Virus record (IMG/VR): IMGVR_UViG_3300030090_003378
Span: 1-64,000 of that record
Source: a virus
DNA length: 64,000 nucleotides
Direction: 5' to 3' (one strand)
The position numbers and the translations under genes were made by a program. Numbering within the stretch: position 1 is the stretch's first letter; the number at the start of each line of letters is the position of its first letter. This document shows, one piece after another, positions 1 to 10,512 of the stretch. Below the pieces are notes generated by a model. The model had not been told where the DNA came from and ran no database searches. It was given only the letters and a program-made list of their open reading frames with translations.

Positions 1-1396
1 ACTTAAAAAGTCCTAATGCTACTGACTTAAAATCTTTTTTACCATCAGTAAATTGCTTCAAGAACCAATCTGTCAAATTACCCGCTAAACCACCTAAGAA
101 AGTTTCTGCTACTTTAAGACCAAATGTCCATATTGTACCAAGGAATACAAGTGCTTTATTTATTAAGTCTTTAGCAGCCACCCATGCTTCACCATTTGTG
201 CCTGTAAATAACGCTTGGAAAAATGTAATAAGAGAAGTAACAAGTTCACTACCTGCCGTCAAAACTGCACCACCAAATTCCATAATTGTTTGTAGTGTAT
301 CATAAAGTGTTCCTGCAATACCTTTCATTAGGTCAACAATTCCTATTTGTTTTAACATTAATAGAGTAAACATAAGAGTTGCAAAAAGCATCATACCTTT
401 AATTAAGAATGAACCCATCATTTTTGCATTCTTACCAATTGAAACCCACATATCCTTATTCATAACAACTGATTTTACTTTGTCAAACATTTTAAATACT
501 GTTGTATTTTTCAAAAATTTCATTATAGGGTCATCTTTACTATCTGCTGGGCCTAATACTTTTTCTCCAAATGCAGCGAACCTTTCGCGCATTGTCATTT
601 TACCTTTTAGCCCTGTAATTTCATTTCCTGATACAAATTTACCACCTTCTCTTTTTTGTTGTATTTTAATACCACTTTCTTCTGTTATTGCTTCCATTCT
701 TTCTTTTATTCTCGCAATCTCTTCAGTATCATTAACTTTTTTAGCCATAGCAAGTTTTTCTTCTAAATTAATTAATGCTACAATTGCTATTTTTTCTTCC
801 TTTCTTGCATCATTTAATTGTTGCATTGTAATTGATGTAACTTTATCTTGTTCAACTCTTTTTTTTAATGAACGTAATTGTTCCTTAAATATACTTGATT
901 CAGTTTTGGCAATAGTGTCCAAAACACCTTGCGACCTTTCTTCAAGCAATACTAATGCTTCTTTTGTCCCATGTATTCTTTCTAAATACAGAAATTGTTC
1001 TTCTTGAAGAATTTTTTTTGCTTCTTCGTCAGTTACTGAATCTTTACCTAACTCACCAATTTTTTCTATAATTGCCTGAAGTGCTTTTTGGTGCTTCATT
1101 TGTTTAGCCAATTGCTCAACATTTTCTTTTTCTTTCTTTAATGCTTCAGTTTGCATCTTTGCCCTAAAATTCAACAAGTTAGAATATGCCTTAATCTTAT
1201 TCTGAATTCGCCAAAATGCACCACCGGAGAAGAAACGTGCCAAGGCCACCCATAATTGACCGGATGATTTGCTTGTTTTAGTAATTTCTAATAGGAATGT
1301 ATTTGCCCTATTAAATTGAATTTCGTTGACTTCCTGCATGGCTTTGGATAATTGTCCAAAACTATCTACAATACTTTCAACGGATTCATCAGCCAT
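1..1396 (-). CDS. Tail tape measure protein (5' part; runs off the window edge)
   Basis: Not in the ORF track. ATG at 1396 begins MADESVESIVDSFGQLSKAMQ...; it has long coiled-coil and hydrophobic/amphipathic segments and lies directly after the tail chaperone pair. Confidence 0.75.
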   Translation of the reverse strand, partial: MADESVESIVDSFGQLSKAMQEVNEIQFNRANTFLLEITKTSKSSGQLWVALARFFSGGAFWRIQNKIKAYSNLLNFRAKMQTEALKKEKENVEQLAKQMKHQKALQAIIEKIGELGKDSVTDEEAKKILQEEQFLYLERIHGTKEALVLLEERSQGVLDTIAKTESSIFKEQLRSLKKRVEQDKVTSITMQQLNDARKEEKIAIVALINLEEKLAMAKKVNDTEEIARIKERMEAITEESGIKIQQKREGGKFVSGNEITGLKGKMTMRERFAAFGEKVLGPADSKDDPIMKFLKNTTVFKMFDKVKSVVMNKDMWVSIGKNAKMMGSFLIKGMMLFATLMFTLLMLKQIGIVDLMKGIAGTLYDTLQTIMEFGGAVLTAGSELVTSLITFFQALFTGTNGEAWVAAKDLINKALVFLGTIWTFGLKVAETFLGGLAGNLTDWFLKQFTDGKKDFKSVALGLFK

Positions 1397-1400
1397 TTAA

Positions 1401-1622
1401 TCATCCCAATTTATTTTGATGTTTTTGCATTTCCTCTAATTTGTATGCCTCCACTTGCATATGAACTTCTAATAATTCCATTACTAAACTTGCTGGTAAT
1501 TTATATGCTTCCATTGGGCTGATATTAAGTTCTTTTGCTAAAGTGTATAATACTAACCTCGATGCGATTTGGGGATTGCCTACTTTGCCGCTCCTAACTG
1601 CGTTCTTTATTCCACTTTTAAA
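1401..1622 (-). CDS. -1 frameshift extension of the tail chaperone (gpGT-like)
   Basis: The -1 frame from TTTAAAA (1616-1622) stays open for ~73 codons (KSGIKNAVRSG...LYTLAKELNISPMEAYKLP...KLG*) and ends 4 nt before the tape measure ATG. Confidence 0.75.
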   Translation of the reverse strand, partial: FKSGIKNAVRSGKVGNPQIASRLVLYTLAKELNISPMEAYKLPASLVMELLEVHMQVEAYKLEEMQKHQNKLG

Positions 1623-1972
1623 TCCTCATTCACCTGTCCTAAACTAAATGGGTCAGGTAATAATGCTTTAATTTGTGCGCCCACATACGGGTTTAATCGC
1701 ATCATATCTAAAGCACCCAAAGCAGGTTCAGTTTTTTCAACAAAAGCATCCCATAAGAATTGGTATACTTCTTTCATATCAAAAGACAAGTCCCTTTCAT
1801 CCATGTTAATATTAAAAAGTTTCATCTGCGCCTGTTCTAATTGAAGGAATGTTGGTTCTTTCAACCAAACCTTCAAGTGTTCATCCGAATCAGGGGCCAC
1901 TTTAACATAGTGGACTTTACTATTTTTGTTTGCTAATATTTTACTCACGTCATTCAAAATTTGTTTTTCCAT
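1607..1972 (-). CDS. Tail assembly chaperone (lambda gpG-like)
   Basis: 121 aa, located between tail tube and tape measure; ends just after a slippery T TTA AAA heptamer. Confidence 0.7.
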   Translation of the reverse strand: MEKQILNDVSKILANKNSKVHYVKVAPDSDEHLKVWLKEPTFLQLEQAQMKLFNINMDERDLSFDMKEVYQFLWDAFVEKTEPALGALDMMRLNPYVGAQIKALLPDPFSLGQVNEDLKVE

Positions 1973-2002
1973 TTATAACACCTTTTTTCATAATAATTTC
2001 TC

Positions 2003-2590
2003 CTATTCAGTATCATCATCTTCGACGAATTGTATATCTTGGCCGGGTTCCACATAAAAATCTTGGTCTTTTGTACGTCTTTCTCTTACTCTATCTCTAA
2101 TACTTGTGCCGCTAAGATTTCTATGACTACCACTTGTGGGCCGTGGGTTAAATGCTTCTTCCCAAGAACCATCATCTGTTGTATCACCCTCTCTTAAAGT
2201 GATAGTAATGCTTTGATTATCTCCTTCCACAAAATCACCTTCTTGTTTAAAATAATCTTTTAACGTATCAAAGAAATAATCAGGACCGCCATGTTTCATA
2301 AAAATACTATGGTTAATTAAAATTGTTCCTTTGATACCATTTGTTTCTACCTCAGGTCTATATGATACTGCATTAAACCCACCCATAGCAGGTATACCTT
2401 TATTCATTAAAGCAATAGGAATTTTTGAAATACCTCTTTTATTGTATGTTTTTTCAACTAATTTATCCAATGCTTGTAGCCATTTTAGATTTTGTGAATT
2501 GGAAAGAATTTCCTGAGCCGCTTCTTTTTTGGCTTGCATCATAGATGCACCGCCTTGAAACTTCAGAATATCAAACCATTGTTCAGTCAA
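2003..2590 (-). CDS. Hypothetical protein with WxxILK leader
   Basis: N-terminus MTEQWFDILK. Confidence 0.6.
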   Translation of the reverse strand: MTEQWFDILKFQGGASMMQAKKEAAQEILSNSQNLKWLQALDKLVEKTYNKRGISKIPIALMNKGIPAMGGFNAVSYRPEVETNGIKGTILINHSIFMKHGGPDYFFDTLKDYFKQEGDFVEGDNQSITITLREGDTTDDGSWEEAFNPRPTSGSHRNLSGTSIRDRVRERRTKDQDFYVEPGQDIQFVEDDDTE

Positions 2591-2615
2591 TTAAATCATT
2601 ACTCCTTTTTCTCTT

Positions 2616-3017
2616 TTATTCAGGTTGCTTAAGCAATATTGCACTATGTTTGTTAAAAGTGTATGTATCATCAACAGTATATCCTTCAGCCTTGTATAAA
2701 TCTCCAATTACCTTAAGAATATATTGTCGATTATTACCAAGTTTTTCTATTACATCAGTTCCAATAGTATAATAGTTATAACCATTTTTATTTCTACCTA
2801 CTTTATCGCCTCCATCATCATTAAAACCAATGAATATAGACCTTCGTTCTGTCGCAGGACGTGAGCGTATATGCGCTGTTAATTTAGGTTCAATTACTGA
2901 TTTCTCATATTCAATAATTGCTTGTTTATATTCTTCATCTCTATTAACCCTAGTATCTAAGGGCATAGGCATTTTCTCTAATTTACTTTTTAATATATCT
3001 TTCCACATTTTAATCAC
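2616..3017 (-). CDS. Hypothetical protein with WxxILK leader
   Basis: N-terminus MWKDILKS. Confidence 0.6.
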   Translation of the reverse strand: MIKMWKDILKSKLEKMPMPLDTRVNRDEEYKQAIIEYEKSVIEPKLTAHIRSRPATERRSIFIGFNDDGGDKVGRNKNGYNYYTIGTDVIEKLGNNRQYILKVIGDLYKAEGYTVDDTYTFNKHSAILLKQPE

Positions 3018-5341
3018 CCTGTTAATACCGAACTGCTAGTCGCATTCAATGTCCCTGTTTTTAGAGGAATAATAGTGAAGTCCACATAAATTGGACCTCT
3101 ATCTTCACCCATAGGCCAAGTATTTGTGCTAACCATGAAGTCATCAAATTGTAGTTTGATTGATTCTCCGTCGCTCTTTGTCAAATGTAGTTCAACTACT
3201 GAATCAGAAGTCAATACACTTCTTGTGCTTGATTCCTTACGCAATTCATCAAAGATTCTGCGGTCTGTAACTAATGCTGTCATAGTAACCTCATATGTTC
3301 TTTGTCCTGAAACACTCATTTTAATCTGCTTGTTATAGTTACCCAAATATCTCTTATCCGTAACACCGTTATTCAATGTTAAACTAAAGGAAGAAACCTT
3401 TAGGAAGTTTTGACCAAATAGGCTAACTGTTCCATCACTGAAAAAGAATGGTGTAACAAACTCTTGTTTAATTGTTCCTGCGGCACTTGTTCCTCCATTA
3501 CCTGTAAGTTGCCCAAAGTTATACAGGTTGCGGAAATCATTTGTTGGGTTATCAAGAATATCTGTTCCGCCTGTTTCAGTAGCACTGTAACAACGTCCCA
3601 TGTAACCATCAGGTGCTTCAAAGACACGCTTAACGTTAAGACCCATTGAAGCCTTAACTTCTTCATTTTCATTGGCAGTTAGAGTAAATGAATTCATTAC
3701 ACAGCCGGGATATACCTGCACGTAACATTCCTCATTATATGTATTTCTATCAACCATTGGTGCGTTTGCTAACTTGGTTCCTTTTTGGTTAACAAACTCA
3801 AGAGCAAATGATGGAAGTTCTGAATCGTTTCTTTCAGTAAATGTGTAGGTGAAAGTATTCTGTGCTACACCACTACTAACTGACGGTAGATTAGCAAGTT
3901 GTTTTGATGATTTTCCGGGCATAACAGGAGGACATATTGTTGTTCCACCCCTTAATACTCTATGGAAGAATGGCCCTGAATTAACACCTGCTACACCACT
4001 ACTACCATCCATAGCAACCCATGTTTCATGTGCTGTTGCCGCCGTTGATGCTCTTGCCGTAAATGGGCTATTATTTGCACTACCTGTTACTGATGGCAAA
4101 GTAAGAGCAGTTTGTCCGAAAGCATAATGAAGCCATGTTCCATTTGTCATATTCAAATCAATACTTGCTTCACTTGCAGTTTCCATTCCTCGGTATTGAT
4201 AGGTCATATTTCTTGACCCACCAAAACTCATAGGAATTGCTTTTGTTTCAATATCCACATTTGGCACTGTAACTGAATTAGTTAGTCCTAACCATTCATC
4301 TGAAAGGATTCTTGGTCGAACTGTATAGTAACTAGTTTTTGTTGCGGAAGAAGAACTGATTCTTGCACCTGCATTTCTTCCCCAAAAGATATGATGTGTT
4401 GCGGCAAGAGTTTGTAAACCTGAAGCATGAATGTAAGTGACTTCTGTTCCTGCGCTATCAATAGTTAGAACTTTACCCAAAATATCTCCCACGTTATTAC
4501 CTGCGCCGGTATGTGATGTTATCCAATCACCTGCGGTTAATGTTCCGGCCATTGATGTAGGCATAACAAATGAACCTATTCCGTTAGCAACGGCAGTAAT
4601 AGAATCAACCGCACCTAAACTTGTTGATACAAAGTGGAAATATTTATCATCAGCATCTCTTGTTGTTGATGGTTCCGTGTGTGGGGCAACATATGTTGCA
4701 CTATCTGTGATAGAACAAACTTGTCCAATTTCTGTTCCATCTGAAAGATAAAGAGTATCACCTAATTGGATATTTTCTACTGTTCCATCTGTGCCTGTGT
4801 TAAAGGCCATTAAGCCATCTCCGGCAGTTGCAGCACCAGCAGCAACAGAATTTCTTAATTCTAAATCCATTGGCGCAGGGACAATTGCCCCTTGCTTTGA
4901 TAAAGTAATATATCCTTTTGGACGCGCCGCCGATGGTGTAGTTTCTGTCCAAAGAGTAGGGAAATCACTAATGTTTCCATGAAAGTAAATTGCATCGGCA
5001 TCATTACCTGCTACAATTGCTGTAAATTGAAGTGAATATGGTGCGGTAGTATCAGCACTACTATCGCTATAATAGAACTTAGCAATACAACCTGTGTATA
5101 AGTCCGGCACTAAATGGTAATATTCAGTAAAATGCTTTGCAGCAGCATTACCTTCCCCATTTCCATTTTCTATTGTCGCTGATTCAGTAGCATAGCCTAA
5201 ACTATATTTGATTAAACTTGCTTTATCTGTATTTTCTCTACCTAATGTCGGGCCACAGGGACCATATCCTAAAAACAATTCACTCTCCGGTGCCATTGTT
5301 ACGGATAATCCTGAACCCATCCATGCTTCGCTTGATACCAT
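3014..5341 (-). CDS. Major tail (tube) protein with extra N-terminal/inserted beta-rich domains
   Basis: 775 aa, S/T/G-rich. The C-terminal half has a tail-tube pattern (PFFFSDGTVSL...VSSFSLTLNNG...GQRTYEVTMT). Lies upstream of the chaperones and tape measure. Confidence 0.7.
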   Translation of the reverse strand: MVSSEAWMGSGLSVTMAPESELFLGYGPCGPTLGRENTDKASLIKYSLGYATESATIENGNGEGNAAAKHFTEYYHLVPDLYTGCIAKFYYSDSSADTTAPYSLQFTAIVAGNDADAIYFHGNISDFPTLWTETTPSAARPKGYITLSKQGAIVPAPMDLELRNSVAAGAATAGDGLMAFNTGTDGTVENIQLGDTLYLSDGTEIGQVCSITDSATYVAPHTEPSTTRDADDKYFHFVSTSLGAVDSITAVANGIGSFVMPTSMAGTLTAGDWITSHTGAGNNVGDILGKVLTIDSAGTEVTYIHASGLQTLAATHHIFWGRNAGARISSSSATKTSYYTVRPRILSDEWLGLTNSVTVPNVDIETKAIPMSFGGSRNMTYQYRGMETASEASIDLNMTNGTWLHYAFGQTALTLPSVTGSANNSPFTARASTAATAHETWVAMDGSSGVAGVNSGPFFHRVLRGGTTICPPVMPGKSSKQLANLPSVSSGVAQNTFTYTFTERNDSELPSFALEFVNQKGTKLANAPMVDRNTYNEECYVQVYPGCVMNSFTLTANENEEVKASMGLNVKRVFEAPDGYMGRCYSATETGGTDILDNPTNDFRNLYNFGQLTGNGGTSAAGTIKQEFVTPFFFSDGTVSLFGQNFLKVSSFSLTLNNGVTDKRYLGNYNKQIKMSVSGQRTYEVTMTALVTDRRIFDELRKESSTRSVLTSDSVVELHLTKSDGESIKLQFDDFMVSTNTWPMGEDRGPIYVDFTIIPLKTGTLNATSSSVLTG

Positions 5342-5363
5342 TTTATCACCTATTTACATACTG

Positions 5364-6008
5364 TTAGACCACTTGGGCCAATCGCTTCATAACAACGCTT
5401 ATTTTATATCCAAAAATTCTATTTTTTTTATCATTACTTTCTGTTCTTTCTCCGAAAAAAAGTTGGTTCATATTTTCTTGAAGGACGCCGTTTTTAATCC
5501 AGCCCCGCCTCTTTGATTCGATTATGTATCTTACTATTAAATAAAGGCTTCGTATACGGTCTTTACCAAAAGTATCACCTGAAGGCTTAATTCGCGTAGT
5601 TCCATCGTTTAGAATACGGTCATCTTGTCTTGTTCTAATGCTAACACTCATGTTATATGTTTCATCACGGGTGTCCCAAAATAAAGTCGGATAAGTAACT
5701 GAATTACCTGTTTCCATAATAACAAGAATATCGTTAGAATAGGTAATTCTATGCCCATCATCATTGGCACTATTTCTAACTTCTTTCTTTCTTGCAGTAT
5801 TAATTTTACTACCTCCTTTAGCGCGATTCTGTGCATCAGTAGCACGACCTGAATTCATACTTCTAATGTCCATAATAATAGGATGAACTGCGTGTATATC
5901 TGCAATTGACCCATTACCGTTAGTAGTTTCTAATGCGTGACATGCAGCATCCCAATTCTCTTCTAAGAGATTGACTAAATATGTAACTTCATCCACCAAA
6001 AATCTCAC
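5364..6008 (-). CDS. Putative tail terminator/tail completion protein
   Basis: Position immediately before the tail tube, size ~210 aa; called by synteny only. Confidence 0.45.
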   Translation of the reverse strand: MRFLVDEVTYLVNLLEENWDAACHALETTNGNGSIADIHAVHPIIMDIRSMNSGRATDAQNRAKGGSKINTARKKEVRNSANDDGHRITYSNDILVIMETGNSVTYPTLFWDTRDETYNMSVSIRTRQDDRILNDGTTRIKPSGDTFGKDRIRSLYLIVRYIIESKRRGWIKNGVLQENMNQLFFGERTESNDKKNRIFGYKISVVMKRLAQVV

Positions 6009-6222
6009 CTAACCTTTGCATTAATTCTTTCTTTTGTTCTTGCATAATAATTTTTTCTTTGTATTCGCTTGATGATTCTACCCCATAATGAGCATCAATT
6101 AAGTCAAATAAATCTTCATTTTGTTTTCTAACATTATTAGCAATATCTGTTGCCATACCTGCAAGTGCATTTAGGTCATTAATTTTTGATTGAGGAAATG
6201 GATTTTTAATAATTTTTTTCAT
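5989..6222 (-). CDS. Hypothetical protein (neck region)
   Basis: ORF overlaps its neighbours in the operon. Confidence 0.5.
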   Translation of the reverse strand: MKKIIKNPFPQSKINDLNALAGMATDIANNVRKQNEDLFDLIDAHYGVESSSEYKEKIIMQEQKKELMQRLGEIFGG

Positions 6223-6476
6223 TTTAACTTCCCCTCAATTTCATCTATCTGTCTTTTAAGTTCAGCCATTTCTTTTTCTCTTTGTTTACCATACCTTTTG
6301 TAGTCGAAATTTTTTCTTTTTTTAGTATATTGGTGGACACTTTTAATCCTATTATATTCTTTTTGAAGGCGTTCTAACTCTCTCATTAATGGAGTACGTT
6401 TAGCAGACTCTATTATTTCTCTAGCCCTAACGTCATAATCACGTTTAAGAATATTTTCCCAACTCACATTAATCAC
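6219..6476 (-). CDS. Small basic coiled-coil protein with WxxILK leader
   Basis: VSWENILKR near the N-terminus. Confidence 0.55.
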   Translation of the reverse strand: MINVSWENILKRDYDVRAREIIESAKRTPLMRELERLQKEYNRIKSVHQYTKKRKNFDYKRYGKQREKEMAELKRQIDEIEGKLK

Positions 6477-7569
6477 TATCCATAAAATATACTAAGCGTT
6501 TCTTCATATTTAGAATCTTCTCAATATCCATTCGGTATGCATCATATTTTGTTTTTAAGTCTACACCTGATTCCTGATTCTCTCCCAATAGTAAATTATG
6601 GTCATCTGCTTGCATCAATTCACACGCTACTAATTTTGTAGCCGCTTCTGTAATAATTGCCGGAACTCTACTGTTACCTGCTGAATATGTAATTCGTAGT
6701 GAATGTTTCATTTGATATGGGTAAGCACTACGGAAGAAGATTGAGCCTTCTTCACCAATAGTCCACCAATCACTATTTCTTCCACTACTTTCTGTATCTG
6801 CAAAATCAGTAACTGTATTGCTACCACCATTAACTACTAACGTACAAGCATCTCCGTCATCTCCGGGAAGTAAAGAAGAAATAATAATTGTATCATCTTC
6901 TTCATCAAGAGTAGCATAGAAATAATTACTAATACTACCACCTGCCGTTCCAGAAAATGATTTAGCACCTGTTGACCGTGTAATACTTTGTGTATTAAGA
7001 GGCATTTGTTCATTAATTAAATACACAATTTCTTGAGCAGTAGTGTTATTACCATATGAAACATTGAAACAACCTTCATTAGTAGGGTGTGTTAGTAGCG
7101 TGAATGTTTCACCACCACAAGTAAGAACAATATTTGTAATATTAGCATAATCAGTCATCTTAATTTTAGCAGTAGCACCACCTAATTCTTCCCAATGATT
7201 ACCACGCCAAACAGCCAGTCTAATAATCTTGCGAATATGCTCATGGTGTAAGCGAATCATTCCGACATAATCTCTAAATCTGTATTGGGCTGACATACGA
7301 TACATCTTCCATAGGTCAAAATCAAAATCATGAATTTCGTTCTCAATAACTAACGGCCTCCATGTTTCTCTTGTATATTCATCAATATAATCTTCAGCCC
7401 TTTTAATTAATTCCCCAACATCAGATAATGCGGGAAGAGTAGTAGTATTATCGAATGGTGTAATACCTAACAAATTTGTAACTAATTCTGATGAGGTATA
7501 ATAACCTATCCCGTTAGTGTAATTAGCACTTGCTAATTTGGTATCTGAAGGTCTACTTGATACAGGCAT
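6469..7569 (-). CDS. Head-tail adaptor/neck protein with internal insertion
   Basis: YYTSSELV...LIKRAEDYIDEYT at the N-terminus and ITYSAG...VPAIITEAATKLVA at the C-terminus, typical of gp6/gp15-like connectors. Confidence 0.65.
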   Translation of the reverse strand: MPVSSRPSDTKLASANYTNGIGYYTSSELVTNLLGITPFDNTTTLPALSDVGELIKRAEDYIDEYTRETWRPLVIENEIHDFDFDLWKMYRMSAQYRFRDYVGMIRLHHEHIRKIIRLAVWRGNHWEELGGATAKIKMTDYANITNIVLTCGGETFTLLTHPTNEGCFNVSYGNNTTAQEIVYLINEQMPLNTQSITRSTGAKSFSGTAGGSISNYFYATLDEEDDTIIISSLLPGDDGDACTLVVNGGSNTVTDFADTESSGRNSDWWTIGEEGSIFFRSAYPYQMKHSLRITYSAGNSRVPAIITEAATKLVACELMQADDHNLLLGENQESGVDLKTKYDAYRMDIEKILNMKKRLVYFMDSD

Positions 7570-10502
7570 TATACATTCACCGCCTGATTCAATCTTCTAT
7601 AATTTTCCACTAAAATTTTAACAAAATCGTGGCGAGGTTTATTTACAGAACTTTTCTTTTCTTCTCCTAAAGTTTGACCATACATTGTTAATGATGGTTC
7701 TTGAACTTGCCCTGTTTGTAGTAATCTTTCACCAAAGAAGTTTTTCAAACGTGTTTTATCTTTTGATGTAAGACCGAGGCCCATCAACCTTTGAGTAATG
7801 TGAGGGTCTTGTCTTACGACAGGTTTGTATTCTCCTTTAATCTCATAATCTATATTACCTGTAATACTAACAGAACCTTCTAAGAAATTTAGACTAATTA
7901 CTACATTTTCCAAACTTACTTCAATAGCCGCATTGTAAATATTATTAAACACTCTATCTTTGTATAAGTTATTGGCTAAAATTTCTTTAAAGTTTAATGT
8001 ATTTAAAAGAAGTTCAAATCTACCTATACTTTTCATTCTTCTTGCACCCTCTTTATCTGATGTATCATCACCTAAAGTTAGAATTTCTTCTTTTTTATTG
8101 CGCCAAGTAGAATTAATAGTATTAAACATCGCTTCCACGTCAGTTCTTAATGACGCTTTATCATCTTCTTCCATAGCATCAACATTTCCTGTTTTCCTCA
8201 TTAAGTTTAACATGAAATTTGACCTTTTTTCATCTATGTCTAATACCTTAAATAACTTCTTTGCTTTCTTTGTCATATCACCACTGTTTAGAGAGTATTT
8301 TTTTCTCTTTACAACAACAATTAATGTATCTATTAATGTATCTAAATCATCAATCAAGGAACTAATGTAATCTTTATCAATACTTTCATCGGTAGCATCT
8401 AACGAAGCCTTCAATTGGGTAATATCGAGTAATTCTTCGTCCTCTTCTTCCTCTTCTTCCTCTTCTTCATCAACAAGTAAGTCACCTTCTCTTGTTAATG
8501 CTACTGCTTGAGCACCTTCACCTGCAATAACTTCTTCCTCTTCATCTCCGGTTTGTTCTACTTCTTTTAATCTAAGCATTTCAACCTCTTGTCTTAATTC
8601 AGAAATAGATTTGTTTCTAACGCCTTTAATTCCATATGCCCTTGCTAAATCTTTTACTTCTTTATCAGACATATCATCCATTTCAGTAGAATCTTCAACA
8701 TCTTCCTCATCATCATCTTCTAAATCATCTATTTTTTCTAAATATTTCCAAAGTGAATTGATTCCTTCTTGCATATTTTTTAATTGGTCTAATAATTTTC
8801 TTTCGCCTGAACCGGCAACAGCAAGACCTAAGACATATCTTTTAAAGGAATTTAAGTTATCGTATCTATCCCAAAAATCTTTGTCATATCCTGTTAAATC
8901 TATATGGTTTTCAACATTATCAATAAGGCTTAAACTATCAAGAATTTCAGCCGATGTATCTAACGATTTCCAATAAAGATTCAAAGTATCTGAAACCTTA
9001 TTATCTATTGATTGTTCTAAAGTGGTCTGACTTCTTCTTCCAAAGTCTTTTATATTTCTAATTAAATGGTCAAAAGTTTGTTTATGTTCAATACCCGGAA
9101 ATAATTCTTTTATTTCACTATCAAGTAATTTATCCTCTCTAATTCGTATTCGTCCACGGGTAGGATTTTGTTTTCTAAGTTGGGTAATTGCTTCTGTGGT
9201 TTTTGCACCAATTTTATCAGCAAATTGTTGAAGCCAATTAACAGTCATTGTTGATGTAACAAACACTTTGTAAACATTATCCTTGAGTGATGACTTTTTT
9301 CTTGGAGATGCAGAAATAACTTGTTCTTGTAAAGCAGCCAATAATTCTTTCTGACTAAAAGGTGTAGATTTTTGTAAAAATTCTTCTCCCCCTTCATCAA
9401 GTTTAGTTTTTCTCGCTCTTGGCTCATCAAGTTTTTCTTCAATAATTTCAGGGGTAGCGAGAGTAGTCCCTTCAGGTAATTCCTCATCAATCTTACTTTT
9501 GTATTTAGTTGTAAGTCGAGTAAAATAATCATTCCATTCTTCATCGTCAATTTCTTGAAGATATGCTGAAAAATCAGTATCTGTTGGAAACTCTTCCTTA
9601 TCACGGTGTTCAAATGCCACTTCCATAGTCCTTCTACTAACATCTTGTAATCTTTTCTTTTGAAATGACTCTAAATCGTAGATACCTTGGACGGCTTTTG
9701 CTTTAGCCTCTTTAAAATCTCTATATGGGACACCATATAATTCTTCAAATTTATCGGGAGCATCCTCAAATTTAATTTTCTCAACATCAGTAACTATTGC
9801 TAATGCTTTAGCGGCATCTGATTTTGCTTCAGGACTTAATGATAAAATTGTAAAAAAACCTTCTGCGTCATTTAAGTTTGTTACTGCTTGATTTAAAGTT
9901 ATGTCGTTATCGTAATTTTTTTCTCTTAAAGCAGTAAGAGTTTGTTGTAATTTTCCAATCGCTTTTTCTTGTCTTTTAATTTTTTTGTCGACTTTATCTT
10001 CAAGGTCTTTATTGCCCTTTGCTTGCTTTTTTTCTTTTTTTAATTTAGCAAGTGAATTTTGACCTTTTTGTATATTTTTCTGATATTCAAGAACTGTGTC
10101 AATATCTACTTCTTTAATATCTTCATCTTCTTCTCCTCTTAGATTAGTCCATTTCCAACCAAAAGGTAAGTCCTTTCCTGTATCTTTAGAAGCAATTCCT
10201 TCAGCACCGTATTTAGTTTCATTAACTGCCAAATCTTTAAGAGTAGAATTACCTAATTTTTGTAGAGCCATTTGATTAATTTTATTAAATTCTGCCATGT
10301 TAAAATCTATTTCATCATCATCTTCCATATCTTCTTTATCCATAAGCCAACCCACAAGGGCTGACTTAACATTTCTTTGTTCCTTATCCTTAACTGAAGG
10401 ATGAATAAATTTGTAGAATAAACGAGTCGCCTTTTCTATATCCCAATTACTTTTATTTTGGACCGCCGCTACGTTAGGCATTTCGGCCACTTCTGTTGGC
10501 AC
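7569..10502 (-). CDS. Large acidic protein (977 aa) with an internal HeH/Rho-N-like motif
   Basis: D/E tracts; MDDMSDKEVKDLARAYGIKGVRNKSISELRQEV resembles a Rho-N/HeH helix pair. Confidence 0.55.
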   Translation of the reverse strand: MPTEVAEMPNVAAVQNKSNWDIEKATRLFYKFIHPSVKDKEQRNVKSALVGWLMDKEDMEDDDEIDFNMAEFNKINQMALQKLGNSTLKDLAVNETKYGAEGIASKDTGKDLPFGWKWTNLRGEEDEDIKEVDIDTVLEYQKNIQKGQNSLAKLKKEKKQAKGNKDLEDKVDKKIKRQEKAIGKLQQTLTALREKNYDNDITLNQAVTNLNDAEGFFTILSLSPEAKSDAAKALAIVTDVEKIKFEDAPDKFEELYGVPYRDFKEAKAKAVQGIYDLESFQKKRLQDVSRRTMEVAFEHRDKEEFPTDTDFSAYLQEIDDEEWNDYFTRLTTKYKSKIDEELPEGTTLATPEIIEEKLDEPRARKTKLDEGGEEFLQKSTPFSQKELLAALQEQVISASPRKKSSLKDNVYKVFVTSTMTVNWLQQFADKIGAKTTEAITQLRKQNPTRGRIRIREDKLLDSEIKELFPGIEHKQTFDHLIRNIKDFGRRSQTTLEQSIDNKVSDTLNLYWKSLDTSAEILDSLSLIDNVENHIDLTGYDKDFWDRYDNLNSFKRYVLGLAVAGSGERKLLDQLKNMQEGINSLWKYLEKIDDLEDDDEEDVEDSTEMDDMSDKEVKDLARAYGIKGVRNKSISELRQEVEMLRLKEVEQTGDEEEEVIAGEGAQAVALTREGDLLVDEEEEEEEEEDEELLDITQLKASLDATDESIDKDYISSLIDDLDTLIDTLIVVVKRKKYSLNSGDMTKKAKKLFKVLDIDEKRSNFMLNLMRKTGNVDAMEEDDKASLRTDVEAMFNTINSTWRNKKEEILTLGDDTSDKEGARRMKSIGRFELLLNTLNFKEILANNLYKDRVFNNIYNAAIEVSLENVVISLNFLEGSVSITGNIDYEIKGEYKPVVRQDPHITQRLMGLGLTSKDKTRLKNFFGERLLQTGQVQEPSLTMYGQTLGEEKKSSVNKPRHDFVKILVENYRRLNQAVNV

Positions 10503-10512
10503 TTAAAACACC

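Noticed and set aside
480-1007. Plus-strand ORF here, and the many other antisense ORFs across 1-43 kb and 50-64 kb
   Set aside because: These are shadow frames of long genes on the opposite strand, with S/F/L/I-rich antisense composition.
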